In this document: piece by piece, positions 7,362 through 15,611 of the stretch | Position numbering within the stretch: the stretch's first letter is position 1 | Layout: every line of letters begins with the position of its first letter | From: a virus | Taxonomy: Duplodnaviria; Heunggongvirae; Uroviricota; Caudoviricetes | IMG/VR virus record: IMGVR_UViG_2700989535_000002 | Strand: one strand, 5' to 3' | DNA: 24,361 bases | Program-made: the position numbers and the translations under genes | The notes under the pieces: model-generated | Told to the model about the DNA's origin: nothing | The model's input: the letters and a program-made list of their open reading frames with translations, nothing else | Database searches by the model: none

Positions 7362-8289
7362 GGTTAATACTAAAAATAAATCTTATGACATAATGGATTC
7401 GCCATTTTACAAACTCAAAAGTAAAAGAAAACTGGCGAATTTGCTTTGTGTTAGTCTTGAAGAATTATACTCTTTGAGAAAAGATGAAGGAAACTATTCC
7501 GTTTTTGAGCAACTTTCTAAAAAAGGAAAAGCACGAAAAATACAAAAGCCTTTAGAAAAACTAGAACTTGTACATACACGAATTGCAAGTTTGTTATCAC
7601 GGATTGCTTTGCCAGAATATCTGCACTCGGGGAAGAAGAAGTGCTCTAATGTGACGAATGCTAAAGCTCATCTTAATAATGAAAAGATGATGACAACAGA
7701 TATTAAAGCTTTTTTTCCATCAACTACAAGAGGGATGATATTTTCTTTTTTCTTTTCGGTGATGAAAATGTCATCTGATGTTGCTGATGTTTTGTCCCAC
7801 ATATGTACTTGTCATGACCGATTACCAACAGGTAGTCGCATCAGTATGCCGTTGGCATATTTTGCAAATTCAAGAATGTTTGGTGAAATATATCAACTTT
7901 GCCAAAAGTTACGAGTTAACATGACTGTTTATGTTGATGATCTCACTTTTTCAGGTGGTAACGTAAATCGATTGTTTTGCGCTGTAATTCGTAAGATCGT
8001 TAATAAGCATGGACATGTTATACACCCAACGAAAACAAAATTATATGCCAGAGATAAGCCTAAGTTGGTAACTGGAGTTATTGTATTCGGTAATGCTTTA
8101 AAAGTTAGGAATGAGCAGCATTTTTTGATGGCTAGGGAAATAGATTATTGGAAAATAATTAAAGACGCCGAAAATGCGAGAGAAACAATCATTGCCAAAA
8201 AGCTCTTTGGCCGTTTGCATTCAATGGGAGTGATTGAGCAACGTTACAAATCGAAGGTGCTTACTTTAAAGGCTAATACTGCAAATTAA
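7339..8289 (+). CDS. Reverse transcriptase, retron-type
   Basis: 316 aa. NAKAH (NAxxH), TDIKAFFPS, LPTGSRISMPLAYFAN, YVDDLTFS (YxDD catalytic motif) and LVTGVIV (VTG) align motif-by-motif with retron RTs such as Ec86 as recalled. Alternative start at 7393 possible. Confidence 0.8.
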   Translation: MKKRKKLKVNTKNKSYDIMDSPFYKLKSKRKLANLLCVSLEELYSLRKDEGNYSVFEQLSKKGKARKIQKPLEKLELVHTRIASLLSRIALPEYLHSGKKKCSNVTNAKAHLNNEKMMTTDIKAFFPSTTRGMIFSFFFSVMKMSSDVADVLSHICTCHDRLPTGSRISMPLAYFANSRMFGEIYQLCQKLRVNMTVYVDDLTFSGGNVNRLFCAVIRKIVNKHGHVIHPTKTKLYARDKPKLVTGVIVFGNALKVRNEQHFLMAREIDYWKIIKDAENARETIIAKKLFGRLHSMGVIEQRYKSKVLTLKANTAN

Positions 8290-8412
8290 CATATTGAATG
8301 TATTGCATAAAAGCATCAATAATTAAAATGACTTGGCGTTAGTAACGCCGCAAGTGCAGGAATTTACTTTCGATGCAGGCGGTGTTGATTAGAAACCTCA
8401 GAAAGTAGTTAG

Positions 8413-8850
8413 CTATGAAGCTGACGTCACAAAATTAACGCCAAGAGTCAACAGGTTTGTCACTGCTCCAGCAATTACACCTGGAGTTCCGTCTTTTACT
8501 GCACTGATAATTTTATCACCCATCGTTTCATTACCGCCAAGTGCTTCGGGTTTTTTGTTGAGCACCGCGAGTGCTTTCTCGGTCAGGCGCACATCATGAA
8601 AACCGGTCTGATGGTCTGTTCCGTACAGAATATAGCCGTTTTCGCTTAGGAAAGTGAATGTGCCATCAACCACACTACGCAACTGATTCAGTGCTTTCAT
8701 TTCTGGTGAGTTAAGTTGGTCAAAGTAGTCATCAGGTAACGCGGCGTTAAATTTTTTGTAGGTGATGACTTGTGGTACAGGAAAGTTATCCCATAGCACC
8801 GCAAAGATTTCTGCCGTCTGTTGGTTGAATAATTCGAGATTTTTGGACAT
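8413..8850 (-). CDS. Hypothetical tail-anchored membrane protein (145 aa)
   Basis: Minus-strand ORF with SD AGGGA 7 nt upstream of ATG; soluble N-terminal ~115 aa and C-terminal hydrophobic helix (GTPGVIAGAVTNLLTLGVNFV). Convergent with the RT operon. Confidence 0.6.
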   Translation of the reverse strand: MSKNLELFNQQTAEIFAVLWDNFPVPQVITYKKFNAALPDDYFDQLNSPEMKALNQLRSVVDGTFTFLSENGYILYGTDHQTGFHDVRLTEKALAVLNKKPEALGGNETMGDKIISAVKDGTPGVIAGAVTNLLTLGVNFVTSAS

Positions 8851-9181
8851 GCATAGTTCCCTTTCATCAATTAAAGACCCTTATGCCGACTGGGCAAAGA
8901 GGCTAACTGTAATGGCCTCAAATAACGACCTGAGCTCTCGCGAGGTGGACAGTTACACTGAAAAAATGGTTGAACAAGCCAGTAAAGATGAGCTTATGGT
9001 CGTTATAAAATACCTGTTAAATCACATCAGAATGAATAAATAAAATGATCTATATCAAGATGTTATCTCACATTTATGAAAGTCCGTGGACAACGATTTT
9101 TCTGCTAATTGTTGTCAGTACGTGCCTCAACAGTGTGATTGGTGCATTGCGCGGCCAGTGACAACTATAAAAATTGATCAG

Positions 9182-9210
9182 AACCGGCATCATGAATGCC
9201 GGTTTTTTTG
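9182..9210 (+). terminator. Intrinsic terminator-like hairpin
   Basis: AACCGGCAT / ATGCCGGTT 9-bp perfect stem, 5-nt loop, followed by a 7-T run. Confidence 0.5.
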
Positions 9211-9367
9211 TGCTTTTTCTGTGATATCCCCGTTTTTATCTGTGCATGCAATATGTGCATGGTTTTGCATGTGCCGGAGTTACATGTTCTGGCCGTGCGT
9301 CCGCCAAGACTGGCGTGGCTCAAAAGCGGTATTGCAACTGCATTAAAACCGCCCCATGAAGCGGGCG

Positions 9368-9386
9368 GGCGAGGCGGGGAGAGCAT
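9368..9386. other. Candidate cos (cohesive end) site
   Basis: GGCGAGGCGGGGAGAGCAT matches the P2 19-nt cohesive end as recalled (GGCGAGGCGGGGAAAGCAC) at 17 of 19 positions; sits between A and Q as expected. Confidence 0.45.
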
Positions 9387-9461
9387 TGCCCGCATCCGTT
9401 GTTTTATGTTATTACTACATTGTTAAATTGGATGATTCTTATTTCTTGTGAGGAAGCTGTT

Positions 9462-10730
9462 ATGGCATTGATTGAAGGATTTCGAATATCAAATTTCAGG
9501 TCTCTGAAGAACGTTACGTTAGGAAAAACTTGGAACGATAGAACAAAGAAACCATTGACACCACTTACGGTTGTTATTGGGCGTAATGGTTCTGGAAAAA
9601 GTTCGCTTTTTGATGCATTTGGTTTCTTGGCTGATGCCCTTACCTATGGGGTAGAAGAAGCATGTCATAAGAATGGTCGCGGTGGCTTCGAACGCTTACG
9701 GTCTGCAGGGAGTAGTGAGGATATTGAATTCGAGATTTACTATAGAGAATCACCAAAAGACCGTCCAATCACATATGAATTGTCAATTGGCATTGATGCT
9801 ACTGGAAGACCTATAGTTAAGAAAGAAAGGTTGCGTCAGCGCAGGAGAGGTCAAAATAGAGGGTGGCCTTTCTCTTTTCTTGAATTATACAATGGAGTAG
9901 GAAAGGTTTGGTCAGGGGAATCTTTGTCAGAAAAAAATGAAGAGCATGGCAATATTGATGTTTTGTTAAGTGAAGAGTCTAATGGAACTATGCCAATCGA
10001 GCTAAGCAATACTCAAATGCTTGGTATTGCTACTTTAGGCAACTTGAAAGAGCATCCGAGAATAGCCAGATTCAGAAAATTTATTGAAGGCTGGTATCTT
10101 TCTTATTTTACTCCTGATGCTGCAAGAGATTTGCCTCGAGTTGGCCCGCAGAAACATCTAAATAGAATAGGTGATAACTTAGGCAATTTTGTTCAGTATA
10201 TGGAAAGAGAACATCCCAAAAAATTTAGACAGGTTCTTGAGGATATAGCCCTGAAGATTCCAGGAATTATAAAGATAGATACAGAAGCATCACCTGATGG
10301 AAGATTGCTTTTAAGGTTTTTTAACAAGGGTTTTGATAAACCATTTTATGCTCAACAAATATCTGATGGAACATTAAAACTGTTTGCTTACATGCTTCTC
10401 TTGGAAGATCCTGACCCTGCACCGTTTGTATGTATAGAGGAGCCAGAGAACGGCCTGTATCATAAATTATTACAATCTCTTGCAGAGGAATTTAGGAGCC
10501 ACGCTACAGGTAAGAAAGGTGATTCTCAGTTGTTTGTAACTACTCATCAACCATATTTTGTGGATGCACTCAATCCAGAGGAAGTATGGATATTAGAAAA
10601 AGAATCAGATGGCTTTTCCGTGCTGAGTAGAGCATCTGACTATCCTGATGTGATGGCAATGTATGAACAAGGATTGCCGTTAGGAAGTTTATGGTACAGT
10701 GATCACATTGATAGCAAGGAATTTGACTGA
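9462..10730 (+). CDS. ABC-type / AAA_21-like ATPase (OLD/AriA/AbiLi-like)
   Basis: 422 aa from ATG at 9462 (GAGGAAG SD; the track start at 9399 is TTG). N-terminal FRISNFRSL ... VVIGRNGSGKSSLFDAF (Walker A); C-terminal FVCIEEPENGLYH (Walker B/D-loop) and FVTTHQPYF (H-loop). Confidence 0.85.
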   Translation: MALIEGFRISNFRSLKNVTLGKTWNDRTKKPLTPLTVVIGRNGSGKSSLFDAFGFLADALTYGVEEACHKNGRGGFERLRSAGSSEDIEFEIYYRESPKDRPITYELSIGIDATGRPIVKKERLRQRRRGQNRGWPFSFLELYNGVGKVWSGESLSEKNEEHGNIDVLLSEESNGTMPIELSNTQMLGIATLGNLKEHPRIARFRKFIEGWYLSYFTPDAARDLPRVGPQKHLNRIGDNLGNFVQYMEREHPKKFRQVLEDIALKIPGIIKIDTEASPDGRLLLRFFNKGFDKPFYAQQISDGTLKLFAYMLLLEDPDPAPFVCIEEPENGLYHKLLQSLAEEFRSHATGKKGDSQLFVTTHQPYFVDALNPEEVWILEKESDGFSVLSRASDYPDVMAMYEQGLPLGSLWYSDHIDSKEFD

Positions 10731-11362
10731 TGCATTATGAGATCTTAGTCGAGGGACAATGTGAACTAACTGCTCTTTCAATTCTATTACCTAAGATTAT
10801 TGGAGAGTATAATAATCCACATACTTGGAAAATACATAAACATAGAGGTAATGGTTCTATTCCTGATAACCCAGCATTAGCTCCAAAAATTTCAGATACT
10901 TCACTCTTGGGGCAATTGCCTGCAAAATTAAGGGCTTACTCCAATAATCCAGACCCTAATAGAAAAGTGATTGTATTATTAGATCTAGATGATAAAGATC
11001 GAGAATCGTTCCATACGGCTCTAATTGACTTGTTAAAATATTGTTCGAATCCGTTTGATGTGTCATTTCCTTTTGCAGAAGAGGAATTAGAAGCATGGTA
11101 CCTTGGTGATAGACAAGCATTGATAGCTTACAATGCAAAAATCAATATGACAAAACTAAATGGCTATATTCAAGACTCAATATGTGATACATGGCGTTTT
11201 TTATTAGAGGCTGATGAGCCTTCACTGTTAAAACTGAAAAAGAAAGATAAAAGACTGCTTGAAAAGAAAGTTTTCTGGGCTAAAAAAATTACTCCTCATA
11301 TGGATGTTGATAGGAATTTATCGCCTAGTTTTAATAGTTTTAAAGAATGTTTGCATAATTAA
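10730..11362 (+). CDS. TOPRIM-like small protein (DUF4276/DUF4435-style) partnered with the ATPase
   Basis: 210 aa; start overlaps the ATPase stop (TGATG). N-terminal ILVEGQCE and VIVLLDLDD (DxD) resemble TOPRIM/OLD-family nuclease motifs; EEELEAWYLGD downstream. Confidence 0.6.
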   Translation: MHYEILVEGQCELTALSILLPKIIGEYNNPHTWKIHKHRGNGSIPDNPALAPKISDTSLLGQLPAKLRAYSNNPDPNRKVIVLLDLDDKDRESFHTALIDLLKYCSNPFDVSFPFAEEELEAWYLGDRQALIAYNAKINMTKLNGYIQDSICDTWRFLLEADEPSLLKLKKKDKRLLEKKVFWAKKITPHMDVDRNLSPSFNSFKECLHN

Positions 11363-11368
11363 ATGAGA

Positions 11369-11395
11369 GGCCACCTCCTTAGGAGGTGGTTTTTC
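11369..11395 (+). terminator. Rho-independent terminator of the ATPase/TOPRIM operon
   Basis: CCACCTCC / GGAGGTGG stem with 3-nt loop followed by TTTTT, 8 nt after the stop codon. Confidence 0.7.
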
Positions 11396-11697
11396 ATAAT
11401 CTACTGTTCATATGAAGCTACAATGATATTTTGATTTCTATTCTAGGATTTTTACTTTGCCGTTCAGATGCGCGATTAATTTTTTTTGATACTTGCATGC
11501 ATTTGATAATTACCTCGTTTACATCTATTGAATTAACAAATTGCTATGTTGTTCAAAAATTATTTTGTCATAACTTCTTCTTGATGTAGATAATCAAGGG
11601 TGGATGCTGATTATACTGTTATAATTATTAATTACATGAGATATTGTGATTTTGGCTAATGCAATTGCGACGAGAAAAATAATCAAGATAATAATGA

Positions 11698-11716
11698 GGC
11701 CATCTTATTGATGGCC
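11698..11716 (-). terminator. Possible terminator downstream of Q
   Basis: GGCCATC / GATGGCC stem (5-nt loop) about 15 nt beyond the Q stop on the minus strand, followed by a T-rich stretch; weaker than the other two. Confidence 0.3.
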
Positions 11717-11730
11717 CTTGAAAGCTAATA

Positions 11731-12753
11731 TCAGTCAAAATGATAAGGCTTGAACTTAATGACTTCCTTTTCTAACCAGTTATTGAGTTCGGCAATACGA
11801 GTCTGGAGTGGGATAAGTTCATTGCGGACAAAGACCTTTGCCACTTTCTCAATATCACCCAGTGACCCGACGTTCTCCGGCTTGCCGCCCATCAACTGAA
11901 AAGGAATGCGGTGCGCGTCCAGCAGGTCAGCGGCGCTGGCTTTTTTGATATTAAAAAAATCGTCCTTCGTTGCCACTTCACTGAGCGGGATAATTTTAAT
12001 GCCGTCGGCTTTTCCCTGCGGGGCATAGAGAAACAGATTTTTAAAGTTGTTGCGGCCTTTCGACTTGACCATGTTTTCGCGAAGCATTTCGATATCGTTG
12101 CGATCCTGCACGGCATCAGTGACGTACATGATGTATCCGGCATGTGCGCCGTTTTCGTAATACTTGCGGCGGAACAGCGTGGCTGACTCATTCAGCCAGG
12201 CAGAGTTAAGGGCGCTGAGATATTCCGGCAGGCCGTACAGCTCCTGATTAATATCCGGCTCCAGCAGATGAAACACGGAGCCGGGCGCGAAAGGTGTCGG
12301 CTCGTTGAAGGACGGCACCCACCAGTAAACATCCTCCTCCACGCCACGGCGGGTATATTTTGCCGGTGAGGTTTCCAGTCTGATGACCTTACCGGTGGTG
12401 CTGTAACGCTTTTCCAGAAATGCATTACCAAATACCAGAAAATCCAGCACAAAGCGGCTGAAATCCTGCTGGGAAAGCCATGGATGCGGGATAAATGTCG
12501 AGGCCAGAATATTACGTTTGACGTAAATCGGTGAGCTGTGATGCACGGCAGCACGCAGGCTTTTTGCCAGACCGGTAAAGCTGACCGGTGGCTCATACCA
12601 TCTGCCGTTACTGATGCACTCAACGTAATCCAGAATGTCACGGCGGTCGAGTACCGGCACCGGCTCACCAAAGGTGAATGCCTCCATTTTCGGGGCGCTG
12701 GCGGTCATTGTTTTTGCCGCAGGTTGCGGTGTTTTCCCTTTTTTCTTGCTCAT
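11731..12753 (-). CDS. Q: Portal protein
   Basis: 340-aa minus-strand ORF; first gene after the cos region, start overlapping the P stop; position and size as P2 Q. Confidence 0.85.
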   Translation of the reverse strand: MSKKKGKTPQPAAKTMTASAPKMEAFTFGEPVPVLDRRDILDYVECISNGRWYEPPVSFTGLAKSLRAAVHHSSPIYVKRNILASTFIPHPWLSQQDFSRFVLDFLVFGNAFLEKRYSTTGKVIRLETSPAKYTRRGVEEDVYWWVPSFNEPTPFAPGSVFHLLEPDINQELYGLPEYLSALNSAWLNESATLFRRKYYENGAHAGYIMYVTDAVQDRNDIEMLRENMVKSKGRNNFKNLFLYAPQGKADGIKIIPLSEVATKDDFFNIKKASAADLLDAHRIPFQLMGGKPENVGSLGDIEKVAKVFVRNELIPLQTRIAELNNWLEKEVIKFKPYHFD

Positions 12754-14525
12754 CAGTAAAACTCCAGAATGGTGGATGTCAGCGGGGTGCTGATACCGGC
12801 GGTGAGTGGCTCATTTAACAGGGCGTGCATGGTCGCCCAGGCGAGGTCGGCATGGCTGGCTTCCTCGCTGCGGCTGGCCTCATAGGTGGCGCTGCGTCCG
12901 CTGCTGGTCATGGTCTTGCGGATAGCCATGAACGAGCTGGTGATGTCGGTGGCGCTGACGTCATATTCCAGACAGCCACGGCGGATAACGTCTTTTGCCT
13001 TGAGCACCATTGCGGTTTTCATTTCCGGCGTGTAGCGGATATCGCGCGCGGCGGGATAGAACGAGCGCACGAGCTGGAACACGCCGACACCGAGGCCGGT
13101 GGCATCAATTCCGATGTATTCGACGTTGTATTTTTCGGTGAGTTTGCGGATGGATTCCGCCTGTGTGGCAAAGTCCATGCCTTTCCACTGGTGACGCTCA
13201 AGTATTCTGAATTTGCCACCGGCCACCACCGGCGGTGCCAGCACCACGCATCCGGCACTGTCGCCACGGTGTGACGGGTCGTAACCAATCCATACCGGAC
13301 GGGAGCCGAACGGATTGGCGGCAAAGGGTGCATAGTCTTCCCATTCTTCCAGCGTGTCGACCATGCAGCGTTGCAGCTCCTCGAACGGGAACACCGATGC
13401 CTTGTCGTCAACAAATTCACACATGAACAGGTTTTTAAAATCGTCGGCGCTGTTTTCGCGTTTGAGCTGCTCAATGTCGAACAGTGTGCAGCCTCCTTTC
13501 AGGGCATCCTCAATGGTGACAATCTGCCGCCACTGACCGTCCGCACAGAGAAGCCCACCGGCTAGGGCGTTATGACTGACGTCGATTTCCACACGTTCGG
13601 CGGCGCTGGCGCGTCCCCGGTTGAACAGTTCACCCGACCAGAACGGGTAGGCGTCGTGCGCCAGCGTGGACGGGGTGGAGAAATAGGTCGAGCGCAGGTG
13701 ACTCTGTGAGGCCATACCTGATGCCACCTTACGCAGTACCTGAAAATTCGGGATCCAGAAAATCTCGTCGACGTACAGGTCGCCGTTATGGCTCTGCGCG
13801 GTGTTGGAGTTGGTGCCGAGAAAAATCAGTTTTGCGCCGTTATTGCCCAGGACAATCGGGTCACCGGTCAGGTCAACGTCAACCAGACGGGCAAAGGCGA
13901 TGATGTATTCGCGGAACACATACGCCTGCGTTTTACTGGCTGACAGAAAAATCTGGTTATGACCGGTTTTCAGGGCGCGCAGCAGCGCCTCGCGGGAAAA
14001 ATAAAACGTCGCGCCAATCTGGCGGGATTTCAGGATATCGCGGATGCGGTGCTCAAGCCCGGCGCGATACCAGTGCAACTGATAGTCGAAAGACTGCTCA
14101 AAGAAAATCTGCCCCAGCTTTTCGATGGCCTCGTCACTGAAAAAATTCTTTTTCGGTTTGCGCCGCCCGCCTTTGTTGCGGTTAGCGACGTTCGGATTAA
14201 GGTCTGCCTCGTTGCCGGTCTGACTGTAACGGTTGACCCGTGCCAGTCGTTCAATCTGGCGTCCGAGCAGGTCAATTTCCTTGAAGTCACCGCCGGTTTT
14301 CTGCGGTTTGATGATGAGCTGGGTCAGCCGCGCTTCCAGACTCATTTCGACACGGCTGATGGGGGCAACGCTGTCCCAGCCGTCGCGCTGTTTCCAGCTC
14401 TGCACCGTCGGGCGTTTCATCTGCAACATGGCGGCAATCTGCGGCACGGAAAATCCCTGCCAGTACAGCAGCGCCGCCTGACGACGCGGGTCGTGTAAAA
14501 GAGTGGTGTCTGTGGTGATGGTCAT
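12753..14525 (-). CDS. P: Terminase large (ATPase) subunit
   Basis: 590 aa from ATG at 14525 (track ORF extends to 14555); same size and position as P2 P. Confidence 0.85.
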   Translation of the reverse strand: MTITTDTTLLHDPRRQAALLYWQGFSVPQIAAMLQMKRPTVQSWKQRDGWDSVAPISRVEMSLEARLTQLIIKPQKTGGDFKEIDLLGRQIERLARVNRYSQTGNEADLNPNVANRNKGGRRKPKKNFFSDEAIEKLGQIFFEQSFDYQLHWYRAGLEHRIRDILKSRQIGATFYFSREALLRALKTGHNQIFLSASKTQAYVFREYIIAFARLVDVDLTGDPIVLGNNGAKLIFLGTNSNTAQSHNGDLYVDEIFWIPNFQVLRKVASGMASQSHLRSTYFSTPSTLAHDAYPFWSGELFNRGRASAAERVEIDVSHNALAGGLLCADGQWRQIVTIEDALKGGCTLFDIEQLKRENSADDFKNLFMCEFVDDKASVFPFEELQRCMVDTLEEWEDYAPFAANPFGSRPVWIGYDPSHRGDSAGCVVLAPPVVAGGKFRILERHQWKGMDFATQAESIRKLTEKYNVEYIGIDATGLGVGVFQLVRSFYPAARDIRYTPEMKTAMVLKAKDVIRRGCLEYDVSATDITSSFMAIRKTMTSSGRSATYEASRSEEASHADLAWATMHALLNEPLTAGISTPLTSTILEFY

Positions 14526-14698
14526 GAATACCTCGCCGTGATGAATACACGGCAAGGCTACTGAGTCGCGCCCCGCGATTCGCTAAGGTGCTGTTGTGTC
14601 AGTGATAAGCCATCCGGGACTGATGGCGGAGGATGCGCATCGTCGGGAAACTGATGCCGACATGTGACTCCTCTAATCACTATTCAGGACTCCTGACA
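14526..14698. promoter_or_regulatory. Divergent late promoter region between P and O
   Basis: 173-bp intergenic region between divergent late operons; in P2 this carries the Ogr-dependent late promoters. Short dyads present (CCATC-N7-GATGG, GTGA-N9-TCAC) but no confident consensus match. Confidence 0.3.
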
Positions 14699-15553
14699 AT
14701 GGCAAAAAAAGTCTCAAAATTCTTTCGTATCGGCGTTGAGGGTGACACCTGTGACGGGCGTGTCATCAGTGCGCAGGATATTCAGGAAATGGCCGAAACC
14801 TTTGACCCGCGAGTCTATGGTTGCCGCATTAACCTGGAACATCTGCGCGGCATCCTGCCTGACGGTATTTTTAAGCGTTATGGCGATGTGGCCGAACTGA
14901 AGGCCGAAAAGATTGACGATGATTCGGCGCTGAAAGGCAAATGGGCGCTGTTTGCGAAAATCACCCCGACCGATGACCTTATCGCGATGAACAAGGCCGC
15001 GCAGAAGGTCTATACCTCAATGGAAATTCAGCCGAACTTTGCCAATACCGGCAAATGTTATCTGGTGGGTCTGGCCGTCACCGATGACCCGGCAAGCCTC
15101 GGCACGGAATACCTGGAATTCTGCCGCACGGCAAAACACAACCCCCTGAACCGCTTCAAATTAAGCCCTGAAAACCTGATTTCAGTGGCAACGCCTGTTG
15201 AGCTGGAATTTGAAGACCTGCCTGAAACCGTGTTCACCGCCCTGACCGAAAAGGTGAAATCCATTTTTGGCCGCAAACAGGCCAGCGATGACGCCCGTCT
15301 GAATGACGTGCATGAAGCGGTGACCGCTGTTGCTGAACATGTGCAGGAAAAACTGAGCGCCACTGAGCAGCGCCTCGCTGAGATGGAAACCGCCTTTTCC
15401 GCACTTAAGCAGGAGGTGACTGACAGGGCGGATGAAACCAGCCAGGCATTCACCCGCCTGAAAAACAGCCTCGACCACACCGAAAGTCTGACCCAGCAGC
15501 GCCGCAGCAAGGCCACCGGCGGTGGCGGTGACGCCCTGATGACGAACTGCTGA
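14699..15553 (+). CDS. O: Capsid scaffolding protein
   Basis: 284 aa from ATG at 14699 (AGGA SD upstream; track ORF starts at 14633); coiled-coil-rich C-terminus; matches P2 O. Confidence 0.85.
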   Translation: MAKKVSKFFRIGVEGDTCDGRVISAQDIQEMAETFDPRVYGCRINLEHLRGILPDGIFKRYGDVAELKAEKIDDDSALKGKWALFAKITPTDDLIAMNKAAQKVYTSMEIQPNFANTGKCYLVGLAVTDDPASLGTEYLEFCRTAKHNPLNRFKLSPENLISVATPVELEFEDLPETVFTALTEKVKSIFGRKQASDDARLNDVHEAVTAVAEHVQEKLSATEQRLAEMETAFSALKQEVTDRADETSQAFTRLKNSLDHTESLTQQRRSKATGGGGDALMTNC

Positions 15554-15611
15554 CCGGCGTCAGTCAGTCCGGGAAAACCTTCACGATTAACCCTTAATTT
15601 CAGGAAAAACT

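Noticed and set aside
7339-8289. RT as a group II intron, DGR or Abi-type (AbiA/AbiK/Abi-P2) reverse transcriptase
   Set aside because: Too short for those families and lacks maturase/endonuclease extensions; no template/variable repeat pair for a DGR was seen; the NAxxH and VTG motifs point to a retron-type RT. An Abi-type identity still needs an HMM search to exclude formally.
9086-9426. Track ORFs of 86 aa (9086-9346) and 76 aa (9196-9426) across the terminator and cos-like site
   Set aside because: No SD; they run through a strong terminator hairpin and the GC-rich cos sequence; most likely non-coding packaging-region DNA.
12192-14550. Multiple ORFs nested within or antisense to Q and P (e.g. 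12192-12671, 12825-13274, 13019-13474, 13959-14498, 14287-14550)
   Set aside because: Typical spurious open frames in GC-rich phage structural genes; no independent start signals and they would disrupt conserved P2 gene organisation.
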